NCBI GenBank assembly: GCA_045641465.1
Contig: JAZUGW010000226.1
Location: 1-60,217 of the forward strand
Direction: 5' to 3'
From: Kiritimatiellia bacterium
Lineage (GTDB): Bacteria > Verrucomicrobiota > Kiritimatiellia > RFP12 > UBA1067
Length of the DNA: 60,217 nt
The translations under genes and the position numbers were made by a program. Under the pieces are notes generated by a model that was not told the DNA's origin, did not search any database, and was given only the letters and a program-made list of their open reading frames with translations. Shown piece after piece: positions 54,885 through 60,217 of the stretch (the first letter of the stretch is position 1; each line of letters opens with the position of its first letter).

Positions 54885-57215
54885 ATGATGAGTATGAGGA
54901 GTCGGCGGGTTGTTTTCGCGGCCGTACTGTTGGCGTTCGCGTGGGCGGGCGTCACCTGTTCGGCGGCGATGCCGCCCGCCGGCAGCCGCGAACTCGCGTG
55001 GATCGAGTCCGACGGCGCGGCTTGGATCGACACCGGGGTGCGCGCCTCGTCGCGCGTGAACCTCGCCTTCGAGGGGACGGTGTTCGATTCGGCCGGTTAC
55101 AGCTGTCTGGTGGGTGCGGACGACAAGCTCGCACCGGAGGCCCTGGGACTTTGGGTCAACTACGAAGGTCGGCTGGCGATGGTTCGCGGCGGGGTGACCG
55201 CGCCGTGGCTCGGCGAGAGCGTGCTGGGTCGTGCGTGCGTGGTGAGCAATTGCGCCACGCGGCTTTTCCGTAACGATAAAGAGGTGTTTGCAAACGTCGA
55301 GCCGGCGACGTTCGCTTCGCCCCTGACGCTCACTGTCTTCAACTGCCGCAGAAACGAACGGTCGGTCGAGTCGTTTGCGGGGCGTGCATTGCATGCCCGG
55401 TTGACGCGTCTGCGCGTGTGGGAAGGGGATGCGCTCGTGCGGGACTTTCGTCCGTGCCGGGACTCGTCCGGCGAGGCCGGACTGTGGGATCGTGTCGGTG
55501 GGACGTTCTTCGGCAATCGGGGGAAAGGGCGCCTGCGCGGATCCGACGAACCGCCGCCTCCGTCGTGCGGGGAGCGTCCGCTCGCGGTTCGGCGCAATCT
55601 GTCGCGGCCCGGGGACGCAATCCGCATCGGCGGTTTCTGGGGCGAGCAGTACCGGATGCTGATCGAGAAGTGGCTGCCGCATTGCATCCTGCAGCTGGAA
55701 AAAGGCGGACCCGCCTCGGGGTCGCATCTGCGGACGTATGGCGAAGGCCTGTACAATCTCCGGGCGGCGGGCGAGAAGCTGCGCGGGGGGCATCCGTGGA
55801 TTTCGCCTAGCCGTACGTGGATGGACGGCGTGGTGTTCAATGTCGCCGAGGCGATGTGTCTTGCACTGGAGATCGGGGAGGATCCCGCCTTGCGGGCGAA
55901 GCTGGAAGAGTGGATACCGGTCTTTCTCGCCGCCCAGGAGAAGAGCGGCTACATCCATTCCGTGGTGACGGTGACGGGGAGGCCGCATTTCGCCGTCGAA
56001 GACTTTCATGAACTTTACACGATGGGGTATTTCATTGAACTCGGTGTCACGCACATGCGGCTGACGGACGGAAAGGACCGCCGGCTCTTCGATGCCGCGC
56101 GGCGTTGCGCCGATCATCTCGATGCGACATTCGGTCCTCGTCCGAAGCGCACCTGGCGCAATGGACACCCCGGTGTCGAATACGCGCTGATCCGCCTGGC
56201 GGAGGCGTGCGAGCAATGGGACGGCGCGGGATCGGGACGGCGCTATGCCGCGCTCGCGCGGCACTTCCTTCGGCATCAGCACGAGACCCGCGCGCCTCAG
56301 GTGGCCAATCAGAGCGAGATGCCCGCCGTTCTGCGCACGGAGATGCGCGGCCATGCGGTGCGGGCGATGTACTTCGGCAACGGACTTGGCGGTGCGGGAC
56401 GGCTGTGCGACGATTTCGCGCTCGCGCGTGCGTCGGACCGGCTCTTCGACAATGTCGTCGACAACAAACTCTATCTGACGGGCGGTGTGGGCGTGAATAC
56501 CTCCGAGGCGATGGGCGCGAATTGCGAGTTGCCGCACAATGGCTACTGCGAGGCGTGCGCGGGATGCGGACTTGCCTTCTGGTGTCTCACGCGTACGCGG
56601 GCGAAGGCGGCGGACGAACGGGCGCACGCGGTCTATGAGCGGGTGCTCTACAACAACGTCCTGGGCGCGATCGGCGCGGATGGACGGCACTTCTTCTACC
56701 GCAATCCGCTCACGAGCGCGCTCGTGCGCGACTCCTGGCATGGCAGCCCCTGCTGCGTGGGCAACATCGCGCGTACGCTGCTTGCGCTGAAGGACAATCT
56801 CCTCGCGGTCTCGGCGGACGGTACGACGCTCTATGTGAACAACTACATGGACATCGAGACGGACGACTTTCGAATGGAGACGGCGTATCCGTTCGACGGC
56901 AAGGTGACGTTCACGCTCAAGCGCGGACATTACGACCGCATCCTCGCACGCTTCCCCGACCGCGCCGAGTCGCGGCTCTATCGGATGTCGCCCGCGGTCG
57001 CGCACGGCTACCGCGAAGTGAAGGGTGCGTGGGAACTGCCGTTGCCGGAGCAGGAAGTGACGGCGATAGACGAGGTGAAGGCCTGCGCAGGGCAGGAGGC
57101 ATTCCAGCGCGGACCGCTCGTCTATTCGTGGGAAGGCCCGAATTTCACCATCAAGGTGCCGAACTATCGCCGCCTCAACAACGGCGGCGAAAGCTGCGTG
57201 TGGAAAAAGAAATGA
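54885..57215 (+). CDS. GH127 beta-L-arabinofuranosidase-like protein with an extra N-terminal domain
   Basis: HELY, GHPGVEYAL, GHAVRAMY, YLTGGVG, YCEACA, ERVLYN, FFYRNPL and PCCVGN (Zn/Cys catalytic set). Confidence 0.88.
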   Translation: MMSMRSRRVVFAAVLLAFAWAGVTCSAAMPPAGSRELAWIESDGAAWIDTGVRASSRVNLAFEGTVFDSAGYSCLVGADDKLAPEALGLWVNYEGRLAMVRGGVTAPWLGESVLGRACVVSNCATRLFRNDKEVFANVEPATFASPLTLTVFNCRRNERSVESFAGRALHARLTRLRVWEGDALVRDFRPCRDSSGEAGLWDRVGGTFFGNRGKGRLRGSDEPPPPSCGERPLAVRRNLSRPGDAIRIGGFWGEQYRMLIEKWLPHCILQLEKGGPASGSHLRTYGEGLYNLRAAGEKLRGGHPWISPSRTWMDGVVFNVAEAMCLALEIGEDPALRAKLEEWIPVFLAAQEKSGYIHSVVTVTGRPHFAVEDFHELYTMGYFIELGVTHMRLTDGKDRRLFDAARRCADHLDATFGPRPKRTWRNGHPGVEYALIRLAEACEQWDGAGSGRRYAALARHFLRHQHETRAPQVANQSEMPAVLRTEMRGHAVRAMYFGNGLGGAGRLCDDFALARASDRLFDNVVDNKLYLTGGVGVNTSEAMGANCELPHNGYCEACAGCGLAFWCLTRTRAKAADERAHAVYERVLYNNVLGAIGADGRHFFYRNPLTSALVRDSWHGSPCCVGNIARTLLALKDNLLAVSADGTTLYVNNYMDIETDDFRMETAYPFDGKVTFTLKRGHYDRILARFPDRAESRLYRMSPAVAHGYREVKGAWELPLPEQEVTAIDEVKACAGQEAFQRGPLVYSWEGPNFTIKVPNYRRLNNGGESCVWKKK

Positions 57216-60200
57216 AGAAACAGATTGTCCATTCGCTCGCCCTTGCGGTGTTTCTGATCGGGGCAGGGGCGTGGGGCGCGGAAGGCGAGGGGGCGTTTCT
57301 GCTGCCGGGGGACCGACGGGGGAACGCCCTCTGGACGGCGCGCCTTGCGGAGGCGGAGGCGCTTCTGGAAGCGGCGGAAGGGGGCACGCCGGCGCGAACG
57401 CTTGTCGAGACGGCGCCCCTTGAGAAGCATGTTCCCGCCGTGCCGATGACCGTCGACGTGACGGGGCTCGACTATGTGTGGCTCCTTTCGAAGGACGGCG
57501 GTGACGGTACGGGCGGCGATCATACGACGTGGGTCGATCCCGTCATCACGTACAGCGACGGCACGACCGCGAGCGCGATGGACCTTCCGATTGTCGCAAG
57601 CGACGCCGGGTGGCGCGAAATCACGGTGGCGCGTGCCGGCCACAAGAGCGACTGGATGCGTCGGCGCGAACATTATCAAATCGCCTCCTGCATCTACACG
57701 AACGGCTGGTGGAACCATCCCGACGGGGCTTTCTGTTTGAAGCTCGGCGGCAAGGTGAAGACGCTTTCCGTTTGGGTGGGTGCGGAAAAGGATTCGTCCG
57801 AATCGGGCAAGATCGCATTTGCGATTTCGAGCGCCGTGCCGCGGAAGCGGCTCGTCAAGATGCTCGGCAAGAATCTGCGGGACGAATTTCCCGAAATGGA
57901 CCGTCTGCTCGCACGTGACCTCGGCGCGAAGTGGTATGGACATGACGCGTTTTTCAAGTTGCCGCAGGCGAAGCGTCGTGCGCATCTCGCGCGCTACGGC
58001 CGCGCGGATGCCGTTGCCCGGCTCCAAGCGCAGGCGGCAGCCGAAGAGCTGGAAAAGGCCGTTCGATTCGTTGCGAAGAAGCGTCCGCTTCCTGCCGCGC
58101 TCACGGCGCGTCTCGCGGCGGTACGCGACGAACTGCCGAGGGGCGGGACGGACGGCGAGGCGCTTCTTGTGCGGCTTGTGGCGCTTCGGCGGGAGGTCAT
58201 CCTTCTTCATCCGCTGCTCGACTTCCCGGATCTGCTGGTGAACAAGCAGCCCTCGCCCACCTACTCGCATCAATGCGACCAATATCTCGGGCAGCACAAC
58301 CACGCCGGCCCCGGGCTTGTCATTCTGCGGAACTGGAAGTCCGCCCGGCCTGAGGCGATCGAACTTCTCGCGGGCAAACTGCCGCGTGGCTCGGTGGCGC
58401 ATCCTGATCTGTCCTTCGACGGAAAGAAGATCGTCTTCGCGTTCAGCGACTGCACGGTGCGCGAGCATCGAGGACGGCGGTTCTGGCTGTGGGAGATCGG
58501 CGTTGACGGCACGGGGCTTCGTCAATTGACGGGAACGAGCACCGATGCACAGACCGGGTGGGGTGGGCGCGAAACGGCACTCGTCGAGGATTTCGATCCC
58601 TGCTATCTTCCCGATGGCGGCATTGCCTTCGTTTCAACGCGGTGCCAGACATTCGGCCGCTGCCATGCGGGACGCTACACGCCCGCCTATCTGCTCTATC
58701 GCATGAACGGCGACGGCACGGGAATCCGTCAGCTCTCCTTCGGCGAGGCGAACGAGTGGGATCCAAGCGTGCTCGCCGACGGTCGCATCATCTACACCCG
58801 CTGGGACTACATCAACCGCCATGACGTGCGCTACCAAAGCCTCTGGAGCATCCATCCCGACGGCACGGGAACCGCGCACTTCTACGGCAACTACACGCGC
58901 AATCCCTGCATGACGGCCGAGGCGCGCGCGATTCCCGGTTCGGATCATATCGTCTGCACGGCGACGGCGCATCACGGCCTCACGGCGGGCTCGCTGCTCG
59001 AGATCGATCCGGCAAAGGGACAGGACGGCTACGCGCCCCTGAAACGTCTCACGCCTGAAGTGGCGTTTCCGGAAACGGAAGATCCCACGGATGCCGGCGC
59101 CTACCAGACGCCGTGGCCGCTCGGCGAGGGTTTCTTCCTCGCGGCCTACACACCCAGCGAGGCGGCGGCCTTTTGGCGGCGCTATCAACCAAACGATTTC
59201 GGAATCGTCCTCATTGATCCGCTCGGCGGCCGCACGGAGATCTACCGTGACGACACCGTCTCCACGATTTCGCCGATTCCGCTCCGCGCGCGGGAACGGC
59301 CGCCGATTCTCGCCTCGTCGCTTCCGCGCGTGCCGGCGGGTACGCCCGGCCGTCTCGTCATACAGAATGCGAATCTCGGGCCCGAGCCCTTCGGCGAACC
59401 GATTCGTGCGATTCGCGTGAATGAGATCATCGGACAGCCCACGGCGCGCGTGCCGCACCGGAGCGTGGTGATGCAGGAAATCGTGAAGCGCGTTCTGGGC
59501 ACGGCCACCGTGGATGCAGAAGGCGTGTGTGCGGTTGAAATTCCCTCCGGGCGTCCCCTCCAGTTGCAGGCGCTCGGCACGAACGGCATGGCGGTGATGA
59601 CGATGCGTTCGGCGATCTATGCGCAACCAGGCGAAACGCTCGCGTGCGTGGGATGCCACGAGCCGAAGGCGCAGGCTCCCGTCGGACAGACGCCGCCGCG
59701 CGCCGTGCAGCATCTCCGACCGCTCAAGGGCCAGAATGCCGTGGGCGGATTCGATTATGCCGCCAGTGTGCAACCCGTGTTGAATCGCCATTGCGTGAAG
59801 TGCCACGGCGGTGCGCGGTGCGCGGGCGGACTTGACCTCACGGGCGAATGGGAGACGCTCCCGTGTCCCGATTATCCGTCCCATCCCGACGCGCTTCGCG
59901 TGCCGCGCTCCTACAAGACGCTCGTCGAACGTGACGGACTTGTCGCGCGGGCGAAACGGAACGAAGAAACGGAATCAAGCCGTCCACGCGATTATTTCGC
60001 GGCGGCGGGCCGTCTTGCGCCGCATCTCCTTGCGGGCCACGCGAAAAGTCTCCTGTCCGACCAGGACGGCCTTGCCTGCCTCCTCGCCTGGCTAGACCTC
60101 AACGCCCAATGCTATGGCGATTATTCCTGGTCGCGTCCCGTGGACGGCGGCAACGGCCATCCCCCCGCCAACGGCACCTGTGGCTTAAAACCATGCAAGT

Positions 60201-60217
60201 GCGGATGCTGCTGGGTG
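57212..60217 (+). CDS. Secreted protein with a TolB-like propeller / hydrazine synthase alpha-like middle domain and two CxxCH heme motifs (3' end outside the window)
   Basis: Not in the ORF track; ATG overlaps the GH127 stop; HPDLSFDGKKIVF, DFDPCYLPDGGIAFVSTR, YTRWDY, CVGCH (~59645), CVKCH (~59792) and WLDLN; start and last codon are in the same frame. Confidence 0.8.
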   Translation, partial: MKKQIVHSLALAVFLIGAGAWGAEGEGAFLLPGDRRGNALWTARLAEAEALLEAAEGGTPARTLVETAPLEKHVPAVPMTVDVTGLDYVWLLSKDGGDGTGGDHTTWVDPVITYSDGTTASAMDLPIVASDAGWREITVARAGHKSDWMRRREHYQIASCIYTNGWWNHPDGAFCLKLGGKVKTLSVWVGAEKDSSESGKIAFAISSAVPRKRLVKMLGKNLRDEFPEMDRLLARDLGAKWYGHDAFFKLPQAKRRAHLARYGRADAVARLQAQAAAEELEKAVRFVAKKRPLPAALTARLAAVRDELPRGGTDGEALLVRLVALRREVILLHPLLDFPDLLVNKQPSPTYSHQCDQYLGQHNHAGPGLVILRNWKSARPEAIELLAGKLPRGSVAHPDLSFDGKKIVFAFSDCTVREHRGRRFWLWEIGVDGTGLRQLTGTSTDAQTGWGGRETALVEDFDPCYLPDGGIAFVSTRCQTFGRCHAGRYTPAYLLYRMNGDGTGIRQLSFGEANEWDPSVLADGRIIYTRWDYINRHDVRYQSLWSIHPDGTGTAHFYGNYTRNPCMTAEARAIPGSDHIVCTATAHHGLTAGSLLEIDPAKGQDGYAPLKRLTPEVAFPETEDPTDAGAYQTPWPLGEGFFLAAYTPSEAAAFWRRYQPNDFGIVLIDPLGGRTEIYRDDTVSTISPIPLRARERPPILASSLPRVPAGTPGRLVIQNANLGPEPFGEPIRAIRVNEIIGQPTARVPHRSVVMQEIVKRVLGTATVDAEGVCAVEIPSGRPLQLQALGTNGMAVMTMRSAIYAQPGETLACVGCHEPKAQAPVGQTPPRAVQHLRPLKGQNAVGGFDYAASVQPVLNRHCVKCHGGARCAGGLDLTGEWETLPCPDYPSHPDALRVPRSYKTLVERDGLVARAKRNEETESSRPRDYFAAAGRLAPHLLAGHAKSLLSDQDGLACLLAWLDLNAQCYGDYSWSRPVDGGNGHPPANGTCGLKPCKCGCCWV

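Noticed and set aside
57212-60217. Anammox hydrazine synthase
   Set aside because: No hzsB/hzsC or other anammox genes nearby; the domain family also occurs in non-anammox bacteria

Overview
GC-rich bacterial chromosomal window. It most likely comes from a PVC-superphylum organism (Kiritimatiellota/Verrucomicrobiota-like), inferred from the MurC-MurB fusion, a Planctomycetes/Verrucomicrobia-type small protein and the secreted-protein repertoire. Bases 1-23.5 kb are mostly core genes: a double GATase-like (BPL_N) protein, gltS, mutL, ftsZ-like/ftsA/ftsQ/ddl/murC-murB, yebC, HIT, GT2, an aminotransferase, short alaS, coaD-yceD-rpmF-plsX and tRNA-Pro(TGG). From tRNA-Pro to about 34.3 kb is an accessory, partly decayed region. 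It holds a REP-like 147-bp duplication next to a small GIY-YIG nuclease and AAA-ATPase relics. It also holds a ~420-nt structured leader before a HEPN-like/signal-peptide/FGE-sulfatase (C-type lectin fold) fusion whose C-terminus resembles a DGR target, and an ATPase-PD-(D/E)xK gene. Finally, a sigma54-type promoter there points into a tRNA(Trp)-like RNA immediately upstream of a lone rtcA. The rest encodes a Tat-exported PHP hydrolase, GH2, a vWA + two-component operon, a second ATPase-nuclease, two giant secreted proteins (one with an amber stop in its signal peptide), GH127 and a heme-c/HZS-alpha-like protein that runs off the end. The best candidates for novelty are the sigma54/tRNA-mimic/rtcA unit, the leader + HEPN-lectin fusion, and a frame-preserving palindromic repeat array inside mutL. 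All calls come from motif reading by eye; no searches or folding programs were run.
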